Source: Chlorokybus atmophyticus
Lineage: Eukaryota > Plantae > Mesostigma and Chlorokybus algae
Direction of reading: 5' to 3'
NCBI GenBank assembly: GCA_009103225.1
Contig: RHPI01000385.1
Span: forward strand, 187,898-251,897
Length of the DNA: 64,000 bases
Part shown: positions 25,123 to 37,400 of the stretch, in pieces
How positions within the stretch are numbered: position 1 is the first letter of the stretch
Layout of the letters: each line of letters starts with the position of its first letter
Made by a program: the position numbers and the translations under genes
The notes under the pieces: generated by a model
The model's database searches: none
Told to the model about the DNA's origin: nothing
What the model saw: the letters and a program-made list of their open reading frames with translations, nothing else

Positions 25123-27523
25123 ATTACCTCACTCTTTCGCATGAACCATTTGTATTAGCTTGTTGGCAACTTTGCGGCTTGCCCTGTCGTATGCGCCAAT
25201 CATCTTGAACAGCCTCTTCACTTGTGTATCTTGCATGGACCTCTCCCGTTGACTAAGGCTCTGCCCAGATTGAAGCTTGCCCCGCACAGTTGGCAGATTA
25301 GATGTGCGCACTTTGCTGTTGCGGACAGGTTGTTGTACCTGAGACATCATGAATGCTACGTCAATGTATCATTTCACATGTGCTGTGTTCTGACACATGT
25401 CTAAGCACATGGTGCAGCACAAGGCCCTGCTAGGCGGCCCTGCTACGCTTGACATGCACATAGTAGTGCGCACCAACCTGGCATAAAGCAGGGTGTGCTA
25501 AGGAAGAGTGCTGCCATTAGCTCTCTCACTGCTATAATGAACGCCCAAGTGTTCCGTTGTCAACATCTACCATGCCTCTCGACACATATCACTTACGCCA
25601 CCACTTTCACAAGCACCTAACACCATGACTAAACATTCAACATGCGTAGTTGATACCCATACCATGCATTCCAGCGCGATGTCTTCCTCCGTCATCATAG
25701 GATCGGCGTGCAAGGGTCCCCATCCAGGCAGCGCCGCCACTATCGCCCCTCCTCGCTGTAACATCGCCCATACATGCGCCCGTTGCAGCACGCACGACAC
25801 TCTCTAGCAAAATAATGTTACAAAGCCGCTCACCCTCCGCAAAGATAGCCCCTACAGTAAACCTTTCTGCGTGCATCTGTTGAGAAGCATGTAGAAGCCG
25901 TCGCCCAAGCCACTCCGTCATAGATAAGGCAAATGATTGCGGGTGAGTGGGTCCCACAAAACGTAGCACAAGCACGGCTTAAGCCAGCCCGCATGCTTGA
26001 ACACGCGCATAGCATTTCATCAGCACTCTTTTGGTATATGACATGCACATACAATAAAACGACATTCATCAAGTGTTCATGCATCAATGCATTTTTGTAT
26101 TAATATCATCCATCAATCGTGTTTCATCATCGTGATATCGTCATATTTGATTGTAGGTTAAAACTAACTAAAGGCACTTGCAGTAATTTGCAGCCACAAA
26201 TTTATGCAGCAAAGGCTGAGATTTGTTATGCGCTAGCGGCTAATTCAAAAAGTTACATACTTATTTTCACAACATGTACAAGCCTTGATTGCAGTATTAT
26301 GACGGTTCATGTGTATAGCAGCATGCCTGACATTAAGGCAACATATATCTCTGTTCTCATTTTGAGGGCTACTTTAATAAGCGTCTGCGTAAAAACTACG
26401 TGATGCTGGCAATTGCAGCTGCTACATGCTTACGTACCTTTGCTTGGTTTACCTGCTTTATTCGCCCATATTCGTGTTCCTCTATTGATTGTGTAATAAC
26501 AAATCGCAAGGCAATAGCACTATCCGAGTGTTTTTCACATGCGCTACCTTGTTGTTGTTTTTGCAAAATATGCTTGCATTGCATCATCAATTGCGTATGC
26601 TTTGTTACAGCAGTTCGTTGCATGCTATATTTGAGAAAATACGCACAAATAATAAAGTGATACGATCAATTCATCCTAAGCGAGCCGCTAGCAACTGTGT
26701 TGAGCTCGACATAATCCACATGCTACACCTCATCTTGTACTGTTCCTATATTGTGCATAGCATGTACATGACGTTGAGGTTACAGCCTCTGAGGCTTTAT
26801 GGCTTTTTGAGCATGTGGTTTTAAGAGTATACAGACTATAACGCTTGGTAGCATAATATTCTTTGTTTGTTAGCTTACGAAGGTCGAACATGAACTTAAG
26901 AAATAAAATCTTAACAGATATTTGTAGGAACTCGAGTTGATGCATTACTTAATGATGTCGCAATCGACACATAATGCATAGACCACTCATACGTGCACAT
27001 GTGCGCACAAGTCGGTTCCACATTCTCCTGGCCTTGCCCAACAACCCCCACCCACCGACAACAATAGCTTTGCATCGCCCTGCTATAATAGAGTCCCTAC
27101 TGCTATGCCTGGTTGTATGGACTGTGTGAGTGCGCCCGCGTGTTGCATGTGTGTGCTTGCTTGTGATTGGAGAGCCTATGCATATTGATTGGCGGCTCTT
27201 CATTCAATGTGAAAGCTGTTCAAAGCCCTTATGGAGCCGTTGCAAAATGCTGAACACTTTGGTCCCGCAAACATGTCAATTAAATGCTTCATGCATGCGT
27301 GCATGCGTAACGGAAAACGCTCGAGCTTCCCCTGGGCTTGCTCTCTCCGTATGTAACGGAAGTTGGCAGCATTCCATCGGCGGGAACCTACTGGCAGTAG
27401 GCGACTGCATCAATCATCTCGCGACGAGTCGATGAGCTGGCTGGCGCCGTTTGAACCGCGGAGGGGCGGAGCAGTACTGTAGCAGCAGCAGCAACAGCAG
27501 CAGCGCTGGTGTAGTCCTCCGGC

Positions 27524-30041
27524 ATGGCGCTCTGCGGCGGGGCGCTGCGGACGACATCGTCGCTGTCATTGTCGTCAAGTAGGCATACGACAGCCTCGCC
27601 GCGTCAATCTAGGCGAAAACCTGCCGTGCTGCATGCTGCTGCCTCTCACAGCGCCGGCCGTCAGCGGTTGTGGCGGACCGTCTCAGCCTCCCCACCTCTC
27701 CGCTTGGCGTCCTGCTTCACAGGCGCTGTACTGCGTGTAAAACGTAAGAGAGAAGAAGTTGTTGACGTTGGATGGGCAGGAAGGCTGTTGTCGTTTGCCT
27801 GGCCGAATGCACGTTTGGGACGGCGTTGCAAATGCTGTGCATGCCGTAAACAGCTCAAAACGCAAGGAACGCTACTTGGCATGCAGGTTGTTTGCGCATT
27901 CATCCCGTCGCTGTGTGAGCACTTCACACCTATTAGTGCTAGTGTGCTCAGCAGCATTGCTGTGTGTAGACTGTCTATTGGTAGCTGTGAAGTGCATACG
28001 GTAGTGCAGTTTGCGTAGATAGAAACTCCACCGCAAGCTGCTTGCATTTTACGTAGCGTGATTCGTCTCACAGAAAGCATTCTGCACTGCGTGTCTGTGT
28101 AGTGTCAAGTCCTTTGCAACTTCCTAACAGAGTGAGCAGTTCCTGTTTCACTCTAACCTGTTCACTGCAGCCTTGTAAGTTGGTTTGTTTTCATCATGCA
28201 CAGTCTCAGGCATGCAGTTGTCAACACTGTGCAGAAGCAAAGCTACACAACCAGTCCACACATCGCGCATCCGTTGTGAGGTGCAGTGCTGCAAATGAGT
28301 CTCTTGCTGGCGACATCGGTGCTGGCGCCGCAAAGCCGCAGGTTGATGCTGCGGAGGCGAGTGCAAAGCTATCATCCACACTGCTGCTGGGATCGCTCTT
28401 TGGGCTGTGGTACCTCTTCAACATCTTCTTCAATATCTACAACAAGCAGGTGAAGGAACAGAAACATGCAAAAAAGTAGTCAGCTGATCGCTAACTGTAT
28501 ATATGCATGGTGTCACACCAAACGCTAATCAACTCAGTACACTGAGGCTATGTTGCTTCAACAGGTGCTGAAAGCTTTTCCTGCGCCGCTCACATGCACA
28601 ACGCTTCAATTTGCTGTCGGCGCGGCTTTGGCGGGGACGGCTTGGATCACAGGACTTCAGAAGCGACCAGTCATCACGCAGGAGACAGTGAGTGCTGCAG
28701 TTGACCGTTCTGAATGCTTACGCAGCTCAGGCATGCATGAAGGCCTTGGCTTTCCCTCTCATTGTTGATGCACTTGCAGCTGATGAGCATCCTCCCGCTC
28801 GCCGTCGTGCACACGCTGGGCAACACGCTGACAAATGTTAGCCTCGGCAAAGTGGCTGTGTCCTTCACGCACACTATCAAATCATTGGAGCCCTTCTTTT
28901 CTGTGCTGCTGTCATCCGCGTTTCTCGGGGAGGTGAGCTGCGTCAACGACCAGGTTGTTATGCTGATTTGGTATTCCGAACTCACAACACGGCCAGTTAC
29001 TTTTGGCAGGTACCGCAACTACCCGTTGTTCTCAGCCTTATTCCAATCGTGGCGGGTGTCAGCTTGGCTTCCGTCAGCGAGGTGTCATTCAACTGGTAAG
29101 TGACGTGGCCTCTCAGCATGGTGCCTGCAACCGCGTGGCATGCTGACAAAACAACATATCTGTGCATTCAGGGCGGGTTTCTTGAGTGCTATGGGAGCAA
29201 ATGTCACTTTCCAGTCCAGAAACGTTCTAAGCAAGAAGCTTATGGGAAAGAAAAAGGTGCACAGCTCACTTCTGTTTTGATTGATCATGCCAAGCTCTGC
29301 TGGTAATTAACCGTTGTGCATGGCAGGGAGGCTTGGACAACATCAACTTGTTCTCCGTTATTACTATTATGTCGTTCTTCTTGCTGTTGCCGTTCAGCAT
29401 AGCGGCTGAGGGCTTTGTTACTCCTGCGACCCTTGCTGCCAAGGCAAGCGTCAACCAGCACTCACTGGACACAACAAGCACATGAGCGTTGCAATGACTG
29501 CAGACGTCCAACATAACCAACATACTGCTGCGTAACATACGCTTGACTCTTTCAACTCCTGCAGGGCCTGGATGTGTCACTGGTACTGAAAAGGGCGCTG
29601 ATTGCTGCTGTGTGTTTTCACTCCTATCAGCAGGTCGTATTGCACTGTTACTGGTTTGTGAGCCTTGTTTAGAGCTCATCAAACAGGGCTCCTATCTCAT
29701 CATAGTTTGCCCAAGCAGGTATCTTACCTCATCCTCTCTCGCGTATCACCCGTCACGCACAGCGTAGGCAACTGTGTTAAGCGCGTGATCGTCATCGTCA
29801 CCTCCGTACTCTTTTTCCGCACGCCTGTGTCCACACTCAATGGCATAGGTACCATCGGTTGCTTGTATGGCATAGCAGCATGTTGCACCTACTCGCTTGT
29901 GTGATGGTTTGCAAAAGCGCACCATGGTGCACCATACTGACTGTGGGTGAACTTGCAGGCACTGCATTGGCACTGGCAGGTGTCTTCCTGTACTCCAATG
30001 TCAAGCGTATGTTCCCCGTGAAGAAATTGCAGGCGGCCTGA
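27524..30041 (+). CDS. PPT: Plastid phosphoenolpyruvate/phosphate translocator (TPT family), about 10 exons
   Basis: Ser/Arg/Ala-rich transit peptide; [91 protein letters not shown] and ALAGVFLYS. Confidence 0.93.
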
Positions 30042-31700
30042 GCGGTTGGATTGGAAGGGAGCTTGGCTTTACTGTAAGCATCAACGGGCAGGAACAGTGC
30101 TGCGGATGCCTGGTCCATGCTTGCGCTGCAACGCCCATGCATATTTCCATATGGCAGTTGTGAAGGTTACTGTGTTATGTGGGTGATGCAAAAGCCTGGC
30201 TGTTGCCAAAGAGGCTAATGCCTTGCTATGCACACCGTCTGACAAAAGCGGTCTGTTATGCATAGCTATACTAGAGTTGACGGTTGTATCATTGAGCTGC
30301 TGTTACACCGTGTTGGGCTGTGTGAATGCAGTTGAAGGCTACGTATATCATAACACGTCATCGAGTATGACTTAGATTATTGTACATTGAGATGCGTCTA
30401 CTCGAATCATTGTGATGAATACTCATCTTGGTGCAGTCATGCATGTGACTCAACACAAACAATGCGCGATGGAACTGCCCATGCAGACTGACAGACGCAG
30501 CTATGAGAGTGTGCTTTCGAGTTAGTTGTACGTGTACTTTCTACATCCATTATGTTGTAAGCTGCTTGCATTAAGGCCGACAGCGTGGGCATAATTGTAG
30601 TAGTGACTTCTACGCAGGTGTTGCAGCAACTGCATTGGTAAGCCGCCTAGTGCCTGCGCGACGGAGGGTGGCGGGGTAAGAGAGAAGACGGGGGAGTCAT
30701 CGTCCTGCATGCTGCTGTTACACCCGTCGCCATTGTCACCATTGACTGACACGCCCGTGTGGGCAGGTGATTACCTCATGCATGCTTGTATGATTTACGG
30801 GGCTGACTAGGAGTAGCGTAGTATAGAAATTTCTAGCCCGGTGGCGAGTTGTAAGTGATGAGTGCTTGTTTGCTGCATATCACTTGGTTTGTTGGCACAC
30901 CATGCATTTACCTTGCGCCTGTGCCTGTGTGCTGAGGTTGGTTGGTTGGTTGGTTGCATCTTGCTTGCCGCTTGCCACTGCATCCTACTGCCGCGCCCCA
31001 CCTAGAGCCTCTAGGCGGGGCAAATATGCGCACTACATGCACTATGTGCGGCACATAGTTGTAAAACCCATGTAATAATTGAAGTGTCGCTCTTGCCTGT
31101 CTTTTGTCTAATTTGCTTGCTGCTTGTGGTGCTGCTTGTTGTGCATCTATATTGCTTATTTGCCCTACGACTTACATCTTATGCATGTAAAGGGAGTGTG
31201 CGTGCTGCTGTTTGCCTTTTCTGTTCTGTTGCTGTTGCGAGTTGCTGCGTTGTCATTGTATTTATGAACCATTGGCTTCACATGCTTCGCACTCAGCTGC
31301 ACAATTGCATGCACATAGCTCCTGCTGTTGGACAACTATAACACGAGATTGGGAGGTGGTGAACGTGTGCAAAGATGTGGCCTACAATGTGATGTGAGGC
31401 GCCGGATAACTCATGCTTGAAGGGGTATATCCCAGTTGCCTTGAAACGATATATGCAGGTTGTCCTGACTCATTGCGTGGGGTGCTGCGTCCTTGTTGTG
31501 GGGTCTTGCATTGTGCCGGCAAAGACCTACCGCCCTAAGCAATGGCGCAAGTGCCACACACCATTTGCACAACAACGCACCTCCGCATTTACACCCTGCT
31601 CCCTCACGCCTTGCTGATGCCGTTGCTTTCGCGCTCCCAGAGCCTTTGAGCGGGCCGCTGCAAGGCTTCTGGGGTTCTTACTTTGCGTCTGTGCTTCTGT

Positions 31701-32240
31701 TGTAATATACATAGTATGAGACACATATGAGGCATGTGGCTCCCCCTATGGCAGCGACTTTTGGTGCCGTAGCCTAGTGATTAAGGCGCCGATGTTACAG
31801 TGGTAACGATGCTGAGCGGCACATGTTTAAATTCCATGGGAGATAGAATTGCTATTTGCCGTGAAACTGATCCAAGATAAACATTGGCAAATTAATGACC
31901 AAAAGCGCCGCGCGGGCTTGCAACCCCTTGAAGCAGCGATAATTCATGCCCTACGACCGTCTGAGTGGTCGCAGGCTTGCCCAATGATTAGCTCGCAGAC
32001 GAAGGTCCAGTCCCATGGAGACGTGGACGAGGGTTAGGCGTGCGACTGCCTGTTGTAGGTAGGTCGCGGCGAGCTCGATAGGTAACGTGGGTAAGTCGCC
32101 GTGTTTGGTTCATGCACGGCGATCCCCGGGTAATGGGTTGGGAGAAATGTAACATATTTGGTATGGGACATGTATGAGGCATGTGGCTCCCCCTATGGCA
32201 GCGACTTTGCTGCTGTAGCCGTTAAGGCGCCGATGTTACA
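31701..32240 (+). mobile_element. TRIM 2, 540 bp
   Basis: LTRs at 31701-31799 and 32148-32240 (TGTAA...TGTTACA, sharing atgaggcatgtggctccccctatggcagcgacttt). 5-bp TSD TCTGT at 31696-31700 and 32241-32245. GTGGTAAC follows the 5' LTR and GGGAGAAA precedes the 3' LTR. Confidence 0.88.
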
Positions 32241-32401
32241 TCTGTGCTCAGGTTGGTTGGTTGTTTCTCGCTTGCTGCTTGCCATTGCATCATACTGCCG
32301 CGCCCCGCCTACAGCACATAGCTGTAAAGCCCCTGTGATAATTGAAATGTTGCTCTTGCCTTTCTTTGTGTCTAGTTTGCTTGCTGCTTGTAGTGCTGCT
32401 T

Positions 32402-33231
32402 TGTCGGGTGGAAGAGAGTCGAGGGTTACGCTATCTCGGGCCGCTGCAGGGAAAAACATGCTTGCTAGCCCTGTTGCTGCAACATGTTGTACGTGTAGTA
32501 AAAGCAAAAGATAACCCAGCTCGTATGGCGACAAGTGCTTGGTAGAGCTGCTCCACTGTCGCTGAATAGCACGGATATGTGGAGACGGTGTCCTCCTTAG
32601 TGTACATGCTGTGCTGTAGGACACACAGTTAACAAGCCACTACTATAGGTAGTGCTGTTTACACATTTCTTCGCATGAGCGTAAAATGTGTTACACTGTT
32701 AAGTGAGGTGAATGAGCAAGCAACACGTGGATACTATGCCCTAACAGACGCCAACAAGCACACTGCAATCAGGCACACCAAGCTCACAGCAATGACAGGC
32801 ACCATGCACACGAGCATGCACAGGCTCTCACACGGTGACGGTGGGGTTTCTTGATAACCGGGACGGTGTTCGTAGGTTAAGTCGCTTCACAAGCTCTTAA
32901 CTTTCTCACTCACAGTGCCACCAGTTAATCCGATGCACATTGTGACTACTTATACACGTCAAATCGTGACTGTTCAGAACATAAGCTAACGGTCATATCA
33001 AGGCTATTTTCACAGCAATCCCCACTCGGTATAGAACACAACTTACAAATGAAGTCACAACTGAACAGCTACGTGCGGTGCCTATGTAGGCTATGGTCAT
33101 GAGCTACTCTATATTCATGACCTAGCTACTGGTCAGTAACGCGCGCGAGTTGGTATACTGCTAGGCCGGGCGATGGTTCCGATGTAGGCATGCTCGATGA
33201 AGGCTGGGATGTGCGGGCAAAAGGCATGACA
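32402..33231 (-). mobile_element. Solo B+A repeat (830 bp) of the same family as the 34805-46075 gypsy element
   Basis: Reverse-complement homologue of 45244-46075 with ends TGTCATG...CCCGACA. 4-bp TSD GCTT at 32398-32401 and 33232-33235. A paralogous empty site with one GCTT is at 31134-31137. Confidence 0.92.
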
Positions 33232-35622
33232 GCTTGTTGTGCATTAGGATTGCTTCTTTGCCCTACGACTTATACCATGTGCATGCTCGCACAACATCAT
33301 ACCCTTGTTGTACACCCGATCAACCGTAAGTACTTTTACGGTCTTATGCATCAAAGTGAGCTCGGTCCGAAGTCCTGCAATTATGTTACAGTCATTTAAA
33401 TATGATAGCTTTGTTTAAGTGGCGCAAGTATGTTTAAGCGAAATTGACCTTCAGGTATCAGCACGTAATTAAAACTCAAAAAAGATGAAATGATGGAGGT
33501 GGTTTTGTGGTGTTGCATGTGAAAACCCATCACAAAGGGCAACTTCCAATTCAAGCAGCAGTAGTGCAATGCTTCCACATTTGTGTACGTGATGGTGGTG
33601 TGCATGCATGCGAAGAAATGCAACAGAGTGCGCATGTATTAACATTGCTTGCCAGCATGTACAATGACTCATTATACATGCTTAAAGCACACAGTGTATA
33701 GGCTTGCAGCCCATACTTTGTGTGCTTCAAGTTGGTCACATGTTTGCTACTTGCCGCTACTATATGCTGCCCCACCCTGCGTGCACTTAGAGTACACCGT
33801 GCTGCGTATGCCCCTATGGGTGTCAATCAAAGTACCCGTTACAGAATCTCCCACCGTAGATGTCAAGCAAATAGCATGCTAGTTTAAGTATCTAATGGTT
33901 GTGTGCTTGTTGAGCTAGGTTGTTTTGCATTTAATGTACTTGCTAAGCGCTTGTTCCTATTAATTCTACACAACGCATACCTTTTGCTATAAGGTGTGTA
34001 GTACACAACGTGACCACCTCGTAGCAGCTTCAATTCTAAGAGCGGCCCAAACCACTTGCCATGCTTGGTGAGCGACTGGGCAACCTATGTTACGGCAGAA
34101 GTCTGCCCTATTGTGCATCATAATACATCAAAGTGTGTGTGGGTCTTGCGTATGAGACTCATACTGGAATCAGTGCTATAGGGAAAAATACATATATGAA
34201 GCGTGGAACGGTACGTGGTCAACATGCAGAAAAGTGCGGGAACATTAACGATCAATATTGCTGTACGGTATTAGATTTATTACATGCGTGTTTGAAATTC
34301 ATCAGTTGTTTGAACATGTATTCGGATACATGTTTGTCAAACAGGCATATGAGTTGTGTTATGTGTTCCGGGAACACATGATACAACCATTTGAACGCAC
34401 AATGTAAACACATGTGCAAACGAAGAACGTGGTTGTGCACCTTGCAATTTATACGGTTAATCATACCATATCATCGGCTATCTGCTACATCATTTACAAA
34501 CTTTATGTATTATTAAGGTATGAAATAGCGATCATGTTGAGTAGGTTTACTAATACATGCTTCTCTTGTTGTTGATAGAAAAATCAATCAAAAGCATGTA
34601 TTAACAACACTATGAAATATGATTACTATTAATATTGTGAATTAGAATAGCATTTAAAAGCACGTAGCATTATAACCGTTTAAATTCTATAAAAGAAAAT
34701 TGCTATAATTACGACAAAAGCAATTTGACATTCAAATCATCTATAAACAAGTGATTATGTTGACTACAGAAATAAAAATTTTATCACATGCATCATGTGA
34801 AAGGTGTCATGCCTAGTGCCCACACATGCCAGCCTTCATCGGGCATGTCTACATCGAAACCGTCACCCGGCCTACCAGCATACCAACGCGCGCGCGACCC
34901 TGACCAGTAGCTAGGCCATGACTTCAGGGTAGCTCACGACCATAGCCTACATAGGCACCGCGCGTAGCTGTTCAGTTGTGAGTTCAGTTACAAGTTGTGC
35001 TCTGTATCGAGTGACAATCGCTGTTGAAATAGCCTCGATATAACCGTTAGCTTATGTTCTGAACAGTCATGATTTGACTTGTAGAAGTAGTCACAGTGTT
35101 CACCGGATCAGCTGGTGACACTGTGAGTGAGAAAGCTAAGAGCTTGTGAAACGACTTGAAACTGCGAACACGCCATCCCGGTCACCAAGACCCCCCTCAC
35201 TGTGTGAGAGCCTGTGCATGCTCGTGTGTGCATCGTGCTTGTCATCGCTGTGAGCTTGGTGTGTGTGGTTGCAGTGTGGTTGTTGGCATCAGTCAGGGCA
35301 TAGTAACCACGTGTTGCTTGCTCATTCACCTCACTTAACAGCGTAACACATTTTCCGCTCATGCAAAGAACTGTGTAAACAACACTACCTATAGGAGTGG
35401 CTTGTTGACTCACAGTGTCACCCTCTTTGCTCAAGTGAGTGCGTTGCATTCTGCATCAGGTAGTGCAGTCTGTATCTGGGGACACATCCGTGTGCATTCG
35501 TTATCACTGTCATTACACAGTGCGCACACAAGCACTAGTGTGGTGAGTGGTAGCGGCATCGAGACAGGCGGTAGAGCACAAACACTCTACCCTGCATACA
35601 CTTTCACCTTTGGACTAGCTGT

Positions 35623-37400
35623 ATGAGCAGGCCCACCCCGTTCTCTCCAATAGACAAGGGTGACCTCAGCAGCTGGAGCCCAACCTCCAACCTCATCTAC
35701 GAGCGGACCAGCAACGGGAGCAACGATCGTAGCAGCAGAGGCTCACTGCTGTCTCCAACTTCACTCCGTTCATGTCCACTCCATGGCATCGAGCTTCCCC
35801 ACTCTCGTCCGACAGTGACGACCACGAGATGGAGTTTTCCAGCTTAACCACGTCCCTGCGTTTCTCCGGGCGTGCTGGCACTACCTCGCTGGACGAATTC
35901 ATCATTAAGTTCCACTCCAAGATGCGACAGCAGACTCTGAAGAACACATACTGGTTCGATGAGATTTTTTTTCACATTGCTGCTCGGTATCTGGACCATG
36001 AAGCACATGATGTCTGAAATTCTGTTGCTGAACTGAATCGAGTTGATGGCTATGGCGAGCTCGCCAGTACCATAGCATCTGCGTTACTGCACAGTCCAGC
36101 AGCCGTCTTTCCACCTGCCACTCCCGCTGCATTCACCGGGTTGTCCATAGCGGCAGCCATTCATAGAGCAGAGGAGGAGGAACCTGAGTTGGTGATCGTC
36201 AAACTGACCCCTGCAGAGATTGAGAGCAAGATGGCCGCGCGACAGGCCCGGATCCTGGACCAATCTACTGCCATCCTTGAAGAACAACGCACTGCAGCCG
36301 TTGAGGTGGGCACACCCCTACCTTTGGCAACACCTGGCTCTCGTGCGGGAGGCAGTGCTTTCACCCTAAGGTCAGTTGCACTGCGCGCACCAGCCATCAC
36401 TGTAGGTGCAACCATCTTTGACTCTCCACTCAAGGATCTATACGCTGCACTTCGTCGCACCTTCCCACCGCAGACCACTAGCAAAGTGGAGGAGTTGAGG
36501 CGGTTCCGGCGCAAGCCCAACGAGGACCCCTTACGCCTGTACTCCGGATTGGAAGGGCTGTTGAAAAACACTGACTACAAAATCGTCAGTGACGAGGCGG
36601 CTGCAGTGGTATATGTTAATGAGTTGGATGCCACCCTGAGCGAGTTGACGCGCCTGACCCTGAACTGCAGCAGGCCCCTTGGCTACACGCTCAAGCAAGC
36701 TTACGAGACTGCACAAGCCATCCATAAGCGCTTGGTGTATAAGAAGGCAGTGCTGAACACCAACCGCAACGCTCACGGCCTGCAGCCAGCACGGCTGTCG
36801 AGCCTCCTCGCTGCGAACGTGGCCGGGACGCTCCATCAGCACGCGACAAAGGGAAACGGTCAGCGCATACTGCTTTGCCTGCCCCTGTGCTGTGTTGTCG
36901 CTGTGGACGGTATGGGCACTACAAAAAGGAGTGCACCGAGGAGTACTCAACTCTGGTCTGCAACTACTGTCACAAGATAGGCCACTTGGAGTCAGTATGC
37001 TGGCTCAATTCTCCTGAGTTGAGACCCGTCAACTGCTACAACGGCAACAACTCTGATGGCTACAACAGCAACAACACTGGAGGCCACAACGGCAACAACT
37101 CTGGTGGCTACAACAGCAATCACACCGGAGGCCATAACAACACCAATTACTACGCCAATGCTCGCAAGGAAGAGCAAGGCTATAGGGGGAAGAATCGCCC
37201 TCCCCAGCGTAAGGGACTGGAAAGACGTCCGCGCGCTGCTGCTGTTGCCGCCAAGGCTCAAGCCAACCCGCCAGCTGATGACCATATAGCTGCCCTCATG
37301 GCGCGTATGACACGCTTGGAGGAAGACAAGGAGCAGGACTACCGCGTGTGTTACTCTGCCCGGTGGGCACTGATGGCTAGAAAGCGCACGAGAGACACTA
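35623..37400 (+). pseudogene. gag: gag with two CCHC zinc knuckles (frameshifted)
   Basis: RFSGRAGTTSLDEFIIKF, LKDLYAALRRTFPP..VEELRRFRRKPNEDP, then CCRCGRYGHYKKEC and CNYCHKIGHLESVC. Confidence 0.8.

Larger units (their letters stand above)
30880..33300. repeat. Locally duplicated non-coding repeat; copy 1 at about 30880-31200, copy 2 at about 32241-33300 interrupted by an LTR
   Basis: Shared blocks gtgct(g/c)aggttggttggttg, ctactgccgcgcccc, ttgcttgctgcttgt(g/a)gtgctgctt and ttgccctacgactta. Confidence 0.7.

Noticed and set aside
25560-26100. Stop-riddled protein-like frame on the + strand downstream of RPL31
   Set aside because: It may be a very old TE or pseudogene fragment, but I could not identify any diagnostic motif.
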